Assembly (NCBI GenBank): GCA_951406725.2
Contig: OX597843.1
Location: 4,216,001 to 4,280,000 of the forward strand
From: Octopus vulgaris
Lineage: Eukaryota
DNA length: 64,000 nt
Direction of reading: 5' to 3'
The translations under genes were made by a program, and so were the position numbers. The notes under the pieces are model-generated. The model was not told the DNA's origin and searched no databases. It saw only the letters and a program-made list of their open reading frames with translations. Shown here in pieces: positions 43,050 through 56,430 of the stretch. Every line of letters begins with the position of its first letter. Position 1 is the stretch's first letter.

Positions 43050-46000
43050 CGACAGGCTTCTTTCAGTTTCCGTCTACCAAATCCACTCACAAGGCATTGG
43101 TCGGCGCAAGGCTATAGCAGGAGACACTTGCCCAAGATGCCACGCAGTGGGACTGAACCCGGAACCATGTGGTTGGTTAGCAAGCTACTTACCACACAGC
43201 CACTCCTGCGCCTATAAACAAACAAAAATTTAACGAATGAAAGAGGAAATTGAAGCAATTCTCACCTTAAACATTTTCTTCTTCAGCTCAACGGTTCGTC
43301 CATTGTCTGCGGTGTAGCTACCCCCCTGGTAAGGACCAAGGTCACTCTCCTTGATTGACTTACTCAGGTTTATTAACTTCTTCGCTTTCATTTTACCCTG
43401 TCAAACAAAATTCATACATACTTTTGTATATATCCACTATGTAAATGTGAGTGTATATGTGTGTATATATACACGGTGGCCCAAAAGTCACAAAGGTGTT
43501 AATAATTCATTTATGCTGCTTTAAATTTACGATAACTTAGCACCACACACATATACATATATATATATACTAGCACTATGACCCAGCAACGCCAGGTCAT
43601 AGTGCTAGTGCATGCATATACAGCTGCATGCGTGCGCACATACACGCGAGTACTGTCCAAATCTCCGACCAATCACATACAGCTAGCTGGCATTCAATTG
43701 GTGTATCAAGTTCTGGGCATTTTGATTGGGTTTTGGCTAGAAAATTCACAAAAAAGTCACTTCTATTGATTTTTTAATGGCTTTGTGGGGTGACTGAGGA
43801 AATGTAAAGACATGCACGACCACCCTTGGACGGTTTTGAATGACCATAGAAAGTGCGAGCCCTCTAACTGACAAATTGTGGATTTGTATGGTGAAGCACG
43901 ACCTTCGAAATTTAGGTCTCACTGAGGAAATGACTAGAGACCGAGACCTCTGGAAGTGTGCTGTGCGCGAGAAGACCCGGCAGGACAAGTGAGTCCATAA
44001 CCCGTGGTCTTCTACATGGGATGGAGCCAGCCTACGTATGCATACCTTCCCTTCTTGGGACACAAAACTCTACTTGTGAAGACCTGTTGAGGCAAGTGAG
44101 GATCAGAATCGAAATCGATCAATGGAAATTGCAGATGTGTTACCAGTGCCGGTGGCATGTAAGAGAACCAATCGTTCGTGACCGTTGCCAGCGCCGCCCC
44201 GACTGGCCTCGTGCCGGTGGCACGTAAAAAGCACCATCCGTTCGTGGCCGTTTGCCAGCCTCGTCTGGCACCTGTGCGGGTGGCACGTAAAAAGCACCCA
44301 CTACACTCATGGAGTGGTTGGCGTTAGGAAGGGCATCCAGCCGTAGAAACACTGCCAGATCAGACTGGAGCCTGGTGCAGCCTTCTGGCTTCCCAGACCC
44401 CAATTGAACCGTCCAACCCATGCCAGCATGGAAAATGGACGCTAAACGATGATGACACGTGCACACACACATTTTGCCATTTATATATATAGATATATAT
44501 ATACATACACACTGTAAATCCCCGAGTATAGTCCGCCCTTGAGTATAATATGCAGGGGATCTTTAGGGGGCCGTACTTCTGAAAAACCTAAACCTTGTGT
44601 ATAATACGCACCACTTCTCTAACTTGAGTCGTGCGTAATTAAGGCTTGGTCGTCCCGAGGCTATAGTAGAAGACACTTGCCCAAGGTGCCACACAGTGGG
44701 ACTGAACCCGGAACCATGTGGTTGGTAAGCAAGCTACTTACCACACAGCCACTCCTGCACCTGTATATACGTATGTTTATAACAGGCCTCTATCAGCTTC
44801 TGTCTACCAAATCCACTCACAAGGCTTTGGGCAATCCAAACACACACATTATAACTATTGAGAGGAAAGAAGAACCTTACATGTGAACTCTGTAACATGG
44901 TCAACTGGGTGAGAAAGTCCAGCAAACGGGTCTCCTGTTCCACTGGGCCCAACCAATCGCAATCAAGGGCTTTCGCTGTAGAGAAACCCTCCAGGGCCTC
45001 TTGATAGTCTTCCTGATATTTGTATGCCTGGCAGAATTATAAAGAACAAAAGTAAAGAAAAAAATTTGCATGTAAAAAACAAAATAGAAAACTGGTAATT
45101 ATTTAATTGACCCTGAAAGGATGAAAGGCAAAGTTGACCTCTGCGGAATTTGAAATCAGAACATAACAGCAGACAAAATACCTATTTCTTTACTACCACA
45201 AGGGGCTAAACATAGAGGGGACAAACAAGGACAGTTAAATGGATTAAGTCGATTACACCGACCCCAGTGCGTAACTGGTACTTAATTTATCAACCCCAAA
45301 AGGATGAAAGGCAAAGTCGATCCTGGTGGAATTTGAACTTAGAACATAACAGCAGATGAAATACCTATTTCTTTACTACCCACAAGGGGCTAAACACAGA
45401 AGGGACAAACAAGGACAGACAAAGGGGTTAAGTCGAGTATATCGACCCCAGGGCATAACTGGTACTTAATTAATCAACCCCAAAAGGACGAAAGGCAAAG
45501 TCGACCTTGGCGGAATTTGAACTCAGAACGTAACGGCAGATGAAATACGGCTATGCATTTCACCCGGCATGCTAATGGTTCTGCCAGCTCACCGCCTTAA
45601 GTTCTGGAGCATATTCACCATCTACTTCAATTACTGCTTCCCATTTGTTTGGCAAACGGTCAGACCATCATTTAAAGATGTTTTTGTTAAGTATTGTTAT
45701 TGTTTTTGTTGAGTGAGATTTGATGGAGAGGGGCCGCAATAATTATGCACTGACCCAATATTTGTCTGTCTGTCTGTTTATCCCTATCCGTTTATTCCTG
45801 TGTCTGTCTGTCTGTCCTGCTTTGACTGGCTTCCATACCGGTGGCACGTAAAAAGCACCATCTGATCGTGGTCGATGCTAGCCCCTCTGGCCCATGTGCC
45901 GGTGGAATGTAAAAAGCACCATCTGATCATGGTCGATGTCAGCTCCTCTGGCCCCTGTGCTGGTGGCATGTAAAAAGCACCATCTGATCGTGGTCGAAGC

Positions 46001-46630
46001 CAGATCCTCCAGCCCCTGTGCCGGTGGCACGTAAAAAGCACCATCTGATCGTGGTCGATGCCAGCCTCCTCTGACCCCTGTGCCAGTGGCACGTAAAAAG
46101 CACCCACTACACCCTTGGAGTGGTTGGCATTAGGAAGGGCATCCAACTGTAGAAACACTGCCAGATCAGACTGGGGCCTGGTGCAGCCTCCTGGCTTCCC
46201 AGACCCTGGTCGAACCATCCAACCCATGCCAGCATGGAAAGTGGACGTTAAACAATAGTGATGATGATGATGATTATTTACTGGGATGGTTTAAATTTTA
46301 GATTATCTTAAATCATCAGCTACATCTTATGAAACGCACCAAGGCCCACCAGAATTTAAGTAAGGGCTGCTGGTGGTCCTTTTTGTGAATGTTGAAGTTG
46401 TACATCCCTGCATTGGATGATGTAATTCTGAATAAATCTTCCCCTCAAAAGACAGGATGATGATGGCTGGAACTGCTGAGCTGGAGATAAACAGCAATCC
46501 TACCATAACCACCACTGCTGACATCATAAAAAAATCAGTGGCATCTTGGGCAAGTGTCTTCTGCTATAGCCCCAGGCCGACCAATGCCTTGTGAGTGGAT
46601 TTGGAGACGGAAACTGAAAGAAGCCCGTCG

Positions 46631-46665
<35 letters not shown>

Positions 46666-49600
46666 TTGTGTGTCTGTGTTTGTCCCCCTAGCATTGCTTG
46701 ACAACCGATGCTGGTGTGTTTACGTCCCCGTCACTTAGCAGTTCGGCCAAAGAGACCGATAGAATAAGTACTGGGCATACAAAAGAATAAGTCCCGGGGT
46801 CGATTTGCTTGACGAAAGACGGTGCTCCAGCATGGCCACAGTCAAATGACTGAAACAAGTAAAAGAGTAAAGAGAGTGATAATATACGACTTACGATGGC
46901 TCTGTTAAAATGGAGATCAGGATTGTTTTTGGCAACTGGGTCTCTCACCTGGAATAAAGAAGAAAACTCGTTAAGTTGCATCTATGTATGCATATATACA
47001 TGCATGTGTAGGTGTATATGTGATGGTGCAGATCTCTGGTGGTTACAATGTCAAGGCTTCCAGCTGAACTGATTCAATGCAGCAGCCTGCTCATAAAATT
47101 TACGTGGCTGAGTACTCCACAGACACGCGTACCCTTAGTGTAGTCCTCAGGGAGATTCAGCACAACAAGGTTAGCCCTTTGAATTACAGGTACTATGATA
47201 TATATTTATATACACACTTCACACAGAAGCAGTATACATGCAATTACAAGAATTCCAGAGCTCCTCTGGCCCCTGTGCCGGTGGCACGTAAATAGCACCA
47301 TCTGATCGTGGTCGATGCCAACTCCTCTGGCCCCTGTGCCGGTGGCACATAAAAAGCACCATCTGATCGTGGTCGATGCCAACTCCTCTGGCCCCTGTGC
47401 CGGTGGCACGTAAAAAGCACCCACTACACTCTCGGAGTGGTTCGTGTTAGGAAGGGCATCTAGCCGTAGAAACATTGCTAGATCAGATTGGAGCCTGGTG
47501 CAGCCTCTTGGCTTCCCAGACCTCAGCCAAACCGTCCAACCCATGCCAGCATGGAAAACGGATGTTAAACAATGATGATGATGATGATACCCAATACAAC
47601 TGAAATAATAATAATAATAAAAAAACCTACTTACAGCTTGGTTATAGGCACTCATTGCTTGTTTTAAAGTTTTAGGGTTCTGCCCTTCAGCAAAGAAAAG
47701 GGACAGATAGGCATTTCCAAGATTAGCTGTGGATTTAAAGGGAAACAAATACAATATCAAAAATAGAACAAACAAACAAAAAAAAATCAAATATGCAAAG
47801 CAGTTTCAAACATTCTAATTCAAACAATTTTAATGTTTTTAATAGATGTTTAACAACTTTTAATATATTTTTAACACATTTTAATAGATTTTTTAACACA
47901 TTTTAATAGATTTTTTTAAACTCATTTTAATAGGTTTTTAACACATTTTAATAGATTTTTTAATACATTTTTATAGATTTTTAACACATTTTAAGAGATG
48001 CTTACTAGAGTTTTTGTTTAAACCCAGGTCAACGCTGACCCTGCAGACCTGTGATCAAAGGTGTTCCAGCTGTGACCATCCAGTCTTTATTTAGGTATAT
48101 TGTATCTAGAGCTACATTATCTAATGTATCCTGAGAGCTACTTAATTGCTAATTAATTAAATGCTAACTAAAAAAAGAACACTTTTTTAACACATTTTAA
48201 GAGATGTTTACTAGAGTTTTTGTTTAAGCCCAGGTCAACTTTGATCCTGCAGACCTGTGATCAAAGGTGTTCCAGCTGTGACCATCCAATCTTAATTTAG
48301 TAGAAATGTTGAGATGTTTTAATCATAGGTCTGCTGGATCAGGTCTGACCTGGGGCTAAACATCAACTGTAATAAGACGAACATCATGATTGGAACACTT
48401 TTGGTTATAGATCAGCTGGATCATGACTGACCTGGGGTTAAACAGAAAAAAAAGACAATGAAGTGTGGACATACCCCATGAGCTTCCATCAGTGATATCC
48501 ATGTGGACAGCATCTTTGGCCTTTTCCACGCTTTCCTTAACTATTTCCAACTTTTCCAAAGGCGGAATGCCCGGGATTTGACGTAACACCATGGACAGAT
48601 TGCGGAGAGATACTTTGTTCTTAGACTGGAAAGAAAGAAGAAAATATTGACTTCAAATGTTGGCACATACTCATACTCTCTTTTACTCTTTTACTTGTTT
48701 CAGTCATTTGACTGCGGCCATGCTGGAGCACCGCCTTTAGTCGAGCAACTGGACCCCGGGACTTATTCTTTGTAAGCCCAGTACTTATTCTATCGGTCTC
48801 TTTTGCCGAACCGCTAAGTAACAGGGAGGTAAACACACCAGCATCGGTTGTCAAGCAATGCTAGGGGGACAAACACAGACACACAAACACACACACACAT
48901 ACATATATACATATACATACATATATACGACAGGCTTCTTTCAGTTTCCGTCTACCAAATCCACTCACAAGGCATTGGTCGGCCCGGGGCTATAGCAGAA
49001 GACACTTGCCCAAGATGCCACGCAGTGGGACTGAACCCGGAACCATGTGGTTGGTTAGAGCAATTTTGAAGGAATGGTTAAGTCAATTACAAGAACCCCA
49101 GAGCTCAACTAGTCCTTATTTTATTGACCTTGAAAGAATGAAAGGCAAAGTGAACCATGGCGGAATTTGAACCCAGAACATAAAAATGGATGGAATGCCA
49201 CAGGGCATTCTGCTTGGCATGCTAACGATTCTTGTGAGGTAAGTACAAAGAGTGATATCAATTAATGAATGCCAAAACAACAGGTGTTACACAATCATTT
49301 TCATTAGCTTACAGACGTTTCTGCAACAATAAGCAATGTGCTCAGAGCTGAGTGTTTGCGCAACTCTTTTAGCTTCCACAGTTCAAGAGCTAAATCAATC
49401 ACCTCAACCACCACCTGCCTAACACCACTGCTACTTCCACCCAAACCACTAAACACTCAGGTACTCACATTATTTAAGGCCCCAACGAAACAGTTTTTGG
49501 CCGTGAGTGCTTCACTCTTTTACTTGTATCAGTCATTTGACTGTGGCCATGCTGGAGCACCACCTTTTAGTCGAGCAAATCGACCCCGGGACTTATTCTT

Positions 49601-51128
49601 TGTAAGCCGAGTACTTATTCTGTCGGTCTCTTTTGCCGAACCGCTAAGTTACGGGGACGTAAACACACCAGTATCGGTTGTCAATCGATGTGCGGTGGGG
49701 TGGACAAACACAGACACACTAACATATACACATATATACGACGGGCTTCTTTCAGTTTCAGTTTCCACAATTCAAGAGCTAAATCAATCACCACCTGGCA
49801 AACACCACTGCTACTTCCACCCAAACCCTTACACATTCAGGTACTCACATTATTTAAGGCCCCAACTAAACAGTTTTTGGCCGTGAGTGCTTGTGCAACA
49901 TCTTTTAGCTTCCACAATTCAAGAGCTAAATCAATCACCTCAACCACCACTGCTACTTCCACCCAAACCACTAAACACTCAGGTACTCACATTATTTAAG
50001 GCCCCAACAAAACAGTTTTTGGCCGATGTGATGTCTTTGTTCTTCCAATAACATTCCCCCAAGTGGTTCCACGCCTCCACAAGTTTAGGGTCCAGTTTCA
50101 CAGCTTTCGACAACAGCACTTCTGCCTCCTTATCATAGGTTGGTAACACGTTCAGGGCCTTCCCTCTCAGCATAAAATACTGAGACTTGCTGGAGATCAG
50201 ATCTGAAATAGACAAGACGATACTGCTACTGTAACAATGGTTTCAAATTCTGACACAAGGCCAGCCGTTTCAAGGAAGGGGGTAAGTCAATTACACCGTC
50301 TCCCGAGAAGATGAAAGGTAAAGTCGACCCTGGCGGCGTTTGAACTCAGAATCTTAAGACAGACAAAATGCCACAAATATCTTTGCCTAACACCCTAACA
50401 ATTCTGGCCCTAACGAGGGCCAGTCAGGCGGTACTAGCAACGACTTCGTTCGAATTTTTACACATGGACCAGTCAGGCGGTACTGGCAACGGCCACAAAC
50501 AAATGGTGTTTTTTACATGCTACCTGCACAGCGGCACTGGCAATGACCTCGCTCGAATGTTTTTTCACATGCCACCGGCACAAGTGCCAGTAAGGCGACG
50601 CTGGTAACGATCACAATCGAATGGTGCTTTTTACGTGCCACCGTAAGAAACACACAAAACCGTTCGAACATTTAAATTTAATTTGCCAAAATATTTTCTT
50701 CAACATTTAAATTTAATTTGCCAAAATATTTTCGTCGCTTTTTGAGACACGCGACCTGTTCACTGACAAAATTCCGTGCTGCATTAGTGAACAGGTCGCA
50801 GTCTCAAAGCGACGAAAATACTTTGGCAAATTAAACTTAAATGTTGAAGTGAATCTAAAGGTTTTTGTGTGTTTCTTAAATGGCTTATAAACACCTTCCA
50901 CGCTGCAATTATATGTATATATATCTCTTTTTATTTGTTTCAGTCATTTGACTGTGGCCATGCTGGAGCACCGCCTATAGTCGAGCAAATCGACCCCAGG
51001 ACTTATACTTTTGTAAGCCTAGTACTTATTCTATCAGTCTCTTTTGCCGAACCGCTAAGTTACGGGGACGTAAACACACCAGCATTGGTTGTCAAGCAAT
51101 GTTGGGGGGACAAACACAGACACACAAG

Positions 51129-51160
<32 letters not shown>

Positions 51161-52621
51161 CATATATAGGACGGGCTTCTTTCAGTTTCCATGTACCAAA
51201 TCCACTCACAAAGCTTTGGTCAGCCTGAGGCGATAGTAGAAGACACTTGCCCAAGGTGCCACGCAGTGGGACTGAACCCGGAACCATGTGGGTCGTAAGC
51301 AAGCTACTTACCACATAGCCTCTCCTACACCTATATATATATATATATGTGTGTGTGTACACCACCGGTTTCGTGGTGTACAGCTTTACACGCAGAGGGA
51401 CATGAGTTCAATCATCGCCAGAACCTTCGGGCTTTTTTCGGCATTAGGAAGGGCATCCAGCTGTAGAAACACTGCCAGATCAGACTAGAGCCTGGTGCAG
51501 CCTCCTGGCTTCCCAGACCCTGGTCGAACCGTCCAACCCATGCTAGCACGGAAAACGGACGTTAAACGATGATGATGATGACTTTAGTGTTAGGAAGGGC
51601 ATCCACGTAAAAGCACCAACCAATCGTGGCCGTTTGCCAGCCTCTTCTGGCCCCTGTGCCGGTGGCACGTAAAAAGCACCCACTACACTCACGGAGTGGT
51701 TGGTGTTAGGAAGAGCATCCAGCTGTAGAAACACTGCCAGATCAGACTGGAGCCTGGTGCAGCCTTCTGGCTTCCCAGACCCCGGTCAAACCGTCCAACC
51801 CATGCTAGCATGGAAAGCAGACGTTAAATGATGATGATGAATTAATATTCCTTTCATTGCCATGGTTTCTTTTTAGTATGTACTTTGGTATGTGTCATTA
51901 AGTGTCCGACTGGGCCTGGTGCAGCCCCTGGCTTCCCAGATCCCCGGTCGAACCGTCCAACCCATGCTAGCATGGAAAACGGACGTTAAACGATGAAGAT
52001 GATGATGATGTACACACATACATGTGTGCATGATATACAAATATAATTCTACACCTATAAAAGTTAATGCTACATACACCTCAGGTGAACGCAGGTGTGT
52101 TGCGGCATGTACCTGAGGCCATTGAAAACAATAACAAGAAACACTGGGTTACAAACCTTTCTTGGATGATAATAATTCCAGACATTCCTCCATCTTCTTT
52201 CTGACATCTTCATCTTTGAGATGTGATTTGCTGATGCTGAACTTCTCAAAATAATGGTCACGGAAGTCATAAAGGCCATTGACAGCTTCCTGCAGAGACA
52301 GACACAGGTAGGAAGACAGAGATAGGAATCTATATATATTATATGATATATATATATATATATACACACACACATATATATATATACACACACACACATA
52401 TATATATATATACACACATATATACACACACACATATATATATATACACACACACACATATATATATACACACACACACATATATATATACACACACACA
52501 CACATATATATACACACACACATATATATACACACACATACATATACACACACATATATATATATACACATACACACATATATATATACACATACACACA
52601 TATATATATACACACACACAC

Positions 52622-52652
<31 letters not shown>

Positions 52653-53560
52653 GCATTCCTTCGATATAACTCGACAAAATCAAAACACTCCACTTCGGGT
52701 GTTTCCGTGTAAGCAAATGACAATCCGATTCTGTTTTCTGCTTGGAAATTTGCGGATTTTACATACACACATGGAACAGGTGAGAACAAATATGCAAGGA
52801 TCAGTCAGGGCATTCTTTCGATATACCTCGACAAAATCAAAACATTTCACTTCGGGTTTTTCCGTGGGTCGTGGAGTTATATAGGTATAACGAAATTATG
52901 CCAGCAAGGCGATCTTTCGTCTCTAGTAGACCTTTCCGTCGATTTCCGTAAAAATTTTTTTTTTTTACATATGGGCTTGCGGGAACTTTTGAAGTAATAT
53001 ACATACATATACACATACATAGATAGATACATACACACACATACATGCATACATACACACACACATACATATACACCGAGTAAAAAATGTCAGTTATCTC
53101 TTTCTTTCACACATTACTCTGTCTCTTCACACACACTAACAGAAGCACTTCACTTACACAACATACTGTCTGTCTCCCACACCCCATCAACACACACACA
53201 CACACATGTACATCAATGCTTGCACATGCACGGTAACTTCAAAAGAACTTCCCTCGCCATACAATCGCTTTCTCTTAGTCTCTTTCGCTCTCTCATTACT
53301 TCAAAAGTTCCCGCAAGCCCATATGTAAAAAAAAAATATATTTTTTACGGAAATCGACGGAAAGGTCTACTAGAGACGAAAGATCGCCTCCGATTGCATC
53401 GCTTTACTGTTCCTCTTCAAAGGAGCAGATTCCAAAAGAGAGAAAAGAAAAATTTGGGACATGTCCATCATGGTCAAAAGTAAAAGAATGTAAAGCCTAC
53501 CTCTGCACATTGGAGCGGCGTTTTCTCGCTTGTTTCTGTTTGTTCCTCTTCTTCAGCCAT
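37382..53560 (-). CDS. TTC5: Tetratricopeptide repeat protein 5 (TPR + OB-fold; tubulin mRNA autoregulation factor), complete 11-exon gene, 442 aa
   Basis: Exons (minus) 53560-53501, 52289-52157, 50202-49991, 48625-48475, 47726-47635, 46948-46895, 45027-44881, 43397-43266, 41225-41143, 39334-39190, 37501-37382. All introns are GT-AG, total 1329 nt. Motifs [86 protein letters not shown]. Confidence 0.94.
37650..38980. mobile_element. Two oppositely oriented RTE-like 3' UTR copies with a nested SINE
   Basis: Minus copy at 37650-38130, plus copy at about 38200-38980; SINE at 38280-38512 flanked by aatgacagtacc duplications. Confidence 0.65.
39190..39334 (-). CDS. TTC5: TTC5 exon 10 (VFCFID...YN...[11 protein letters not shown]...KDK)
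   Basis: OB-domain motif; canonical splice sites. Confidence 0.92.
39915..40400 (+). mobile_element. tRNA-derived SINE family D with a duplicated structured 3' module
   Basis: B box gagttcgaatcc, cttgagcaag core; 3' module repeated 2x here, 3x at 56165-56716, and once at about 245-400(-). Confidence 0.65.
41143..41225 (-). CDS. TTC5: TTC5 exon 9 (ELQPGVN...GKVVC...PIPF)
   Basis: Start of the OB domain; canonical splice sites. Confidence 0.9.
43266..43397 (-). CDS. TTC5: TTC5 exon 8 (GKMKAKKL...DLGPY...MFK)
   Basis: Basic ribosome-contact patch; canonical splice sites. Confidence 0.9.
43890..44457 (+). mobile_element. 5'-truncated RTE-like LINE (ORF C-terminus + 3' UTR ending in (GAT)n), inserted in a Helitron-like element
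   Basis: [30 protein letters not shown], then the 3' UTR shared with many copies in the window. Confidence 0.7.
44881..45027 (-). CDS. TTC5: TTC5 exon 7 ([15 protein letters not shown]...QSSH)
   Basis: TPR motif; canonical splice sites. Confidence 0.92.
45825..46275 (+). mobile_element. RTE-like 3' UTR copy
   Basis: Same family; further copies at about 40640-41070, 47260-47590, 51440-52010 and 62920-63370. Confidence 0.65.
46895..46948 (-). CDS. TTC5: TTC5 exon 6 ([18 protein letters not shown])
   Basis: NPDLH.NRA motif; canonical splice sites. Confidence 0.92.
47635..47726 (-). CDS. TTC5: TTC5 exon 5 ([11 protein letters not shown]...AYNQA)
   Basis: Conserved motif; canonical splice sites. 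Confidence 0.92.
48475..48625 (-). CDS. TTC5: TTC5 exon 4 ([16 protein letters not shown]...DGSSW)
   Basis: Conserved motif; canonical splice sites. Confidence 0.93.
49991..50202 (-). CDS. TTC5: TTC5 exon 3 (RGKALNV...[11 protein letters not shown]...GALNN)
   Basis: TPR motifs; canonical splice sites. Confidence 0.93.
52157..52289 (-). CDS. TTC5: TTC5 exon 2 ([15 protein letters not shown]...SSKK)
   Basis: Conserved motif; canonical splice sites. Confidence 0.92.
53501..53560 (-). CDS. TTC5: TTC5 coding exon 1 ([20 protein letters not shown])
   Basis: ATG with an acidic start; donor gag|gtaggc; phase 0 fits exon 2. Confidence 0.8.
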
Positions 53561-53738
53561 AATTAATTAACCTCATTAATTAAATGACAATTAAAACTAT
53601 TGCTATTACCACCAGCTTCAATTAAGCTTGTCTGCATAGCCTACCTATATATACCTTCATAAGTTTGTTTATTGCGATATATATTGCGATATATATGTAT
53701 GTAAGTATGTATGTATAGATGTAGATGTATGTGTGTAT

Positions 53739-53785
<47 letters not shown>

Positions 53786-53993
53786 AGTATGTATGTATAG
53801 ATGTAGATGTATGTGTGTATATATATATGTATGTATATATATATATATATATGTATGTATGTAAGTATGTATGTATAGATGTAGATGTATGTGTGTATAT
53901 ATATATATATATATATGTATGTAAGTATGTATGTATAGATGTAGATGTATGTGTGTGTATATATATATATATATGTATGTATGTATAGATGTA

Positions 53994-54056
<63 letters not shown>

Positions 54057-54237
54057 GTGTAGATGTATGTGTGTGTGTGTGGACGCGTGTATATATGATC
54101 AATGCGTGTGTATATGCACACCTGAGATGTGTGTGCTTAGGTAGCAGAGTTTATATAGACTATATATGTAAATGCATTTATATACACACACGTATGTGTA
54201 ATTTTAATACATGTATAGGTGTGCCTACATATGTATG

Positions 54238-54278
<41 letters not shown>

Positions 54279-55224
54279 CTATATATATACGAGAATGTTG
54301 GGGTTTTTTTTTTAACCCTGGGTCGGACGACGTACCAGGGTCGAGTCTATACGAGTGTATATTCGTGTTACAATGTATGTTTCTATGCAGTGTGTGTATG
54401 TTTGAGTGCGTTTTCGTCAATATGTGTGTGTTTGCATGTACGTGCATCCATACATGTATGTGGTGTCGGGTAAGTTTCACGTCGTCCCAATGACCTCTGA
54501 CCTCGCTGGCCGCTTCCTTAACCCAAACTAAATTCTCTGCAACACCACAATGTTTGTGTTGACGATTTTTCAGTCATGACTAACAACAGGAACCGGAATT
54601 AACAAATACTGTTCACACCCGCCTTTATTTAATAAACGGTGCTAGGCTATTAACCAATAAAATTAGTCTCCCCTGAAATAAAAGTCCGGTTACAAGTCGC
54701 CCGCTAACACTCGTTGGCGCTACATATATTTTTTGGCAGCACTCCATCGGTTACGACGATGAGGGTTCCGGTTGATCCGATCAACGGAACAGCCTGCTCG
54801 TGGAATTAACGTGTAAGTGGCTGGGCCACTGGGCCATTGCGCCTCCACAGCTACTTATAAGGGGCCAGGGAACAGAAGAAAGAAGATATGCACCCAACAC
54901 CAGAGCTGAAGACACCCCCGAAAGTGGGGGCCACGTCAGAAAATTCAAACTGTCTGTATTTTAAACAAAGATTTTTTTTTTTAATTTGAAAAAGAGACAA
55001 TTCTAAGATTTATTGAAGGGAATATCATACCTGTTCATTAATCACAAATTGACTTCGACCAGAATAACTCACAGTAAACCAGAAAAACCACAGAAAAAAA
55101 CAAAACAAAAAGTGTTTTGTTCAGGTTTTGGTGAGAAAATGGTAGCAGTTGTGTGAGAAAATGGAAAATAGAAAATGAGAGAAAACATCTGAATTTTCTG
55201 TTCAAATTCAGTTATTCTTGGTTA

Positions 55225-55705
55225 GAAATAGATCTGGTTGTTATTTTTAGCAATTTTAGTGACCAGCAACAAGTTTCTGCATTAAATATATATTTGACTG
55301 TGATTTCTAGCAAACTAAGTGACCACATAGAGGTTTTCTCATGAGAAACAGATTTGGCTGTTATTTCTTGCAAATTTTGTGTCCTAATAGAGGTTTCCTA
55401 ATTAGGTATAGATTTAGGCTGTTATTTCTTGCAAATTTAGTGTCCTAGTAGAGGTTTCCTAATTGGTGATAGATTTAGCTGATATTTCTTGCAAATTTAG
55501 TGTCCTAGTAGAGGTTTCCTCATTAGGGATAGATTTAGCTGTTATTTCTTGCAAATTTAGTGTCCTAGGAGAGGTTTCCTCATTGTTGATAGATTTAGCT
55601 GTTATTTCTAGCAAATTTAGTGTCCTAGTAGAGGTTTCCTAATTGGTGATAGATTTAGCTGTTAGGTAGAGGTTTTCTCACGAGAAGTAGATTTAGCTGT
55701 TATTT
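55225..55705. repeat. ~60-bp minisatellite
   Basis: atagatttagctgttatttct.gcaaatttagtgtcctagtagaggtttcct, about 8 copies. Confidence 0.8.
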
Positions 55706-56365
55706 CTAGTATCCTCTCCGCCCCATTGACATGATCCAGGGCACAAAACCAGGACAAAATATCCGGTGCCAATATGGATCACATGCTCCAGAATGAGAGT
55801 GCCATAATCTTAAGCAGAAGCAAAAGATCCTTAAAATGTCCAATGCCGAGCCCTGAATATATGGTGTTAACCCAGTGGTTAGGGCAGCAGACTCGCGGTC
55901 GTAGGATCGCGGTTTTGATTCCCAGACCGAGCGTTGTGAGTGTTTATTGAGTGAAAACACCTAAAAGCTCCACGGGGCTCTGGCAGGGGATGGTGGTGAC
56001 CCCTGTTGTACTCTTTCATCACCACTTTCTCTTACTCTATCTTCCTGTTTCTGTTGTTCCTGTATTTTAAAGGGGCCAGCCATGTCACACTGAATCTCCC
56101 CAAGAACTACATTAAGGGTACACATGTCTGTGGAGTGCTCAGCCACTTGCACGTTAATAAATGAGCTGTGACGTCACTGGTGCGAAGCTGTATCGGCCCC
56201 TTTGCCTTTCCCTTGTATAACATCAGCAGTGTGGAGACGGGAGGCTGGTATGCATGGGCGACTGCTGGTCTTCCATAAACAACCTTGCCCGGACTTGTGC
56301 CTGAGAGGGTAACTTTCTAGGTACAATCCCATGGTCAGCCATGACTGAAGGGGGTCTTTACCCTT

Positions 56366-56430
<65 letters not shown>

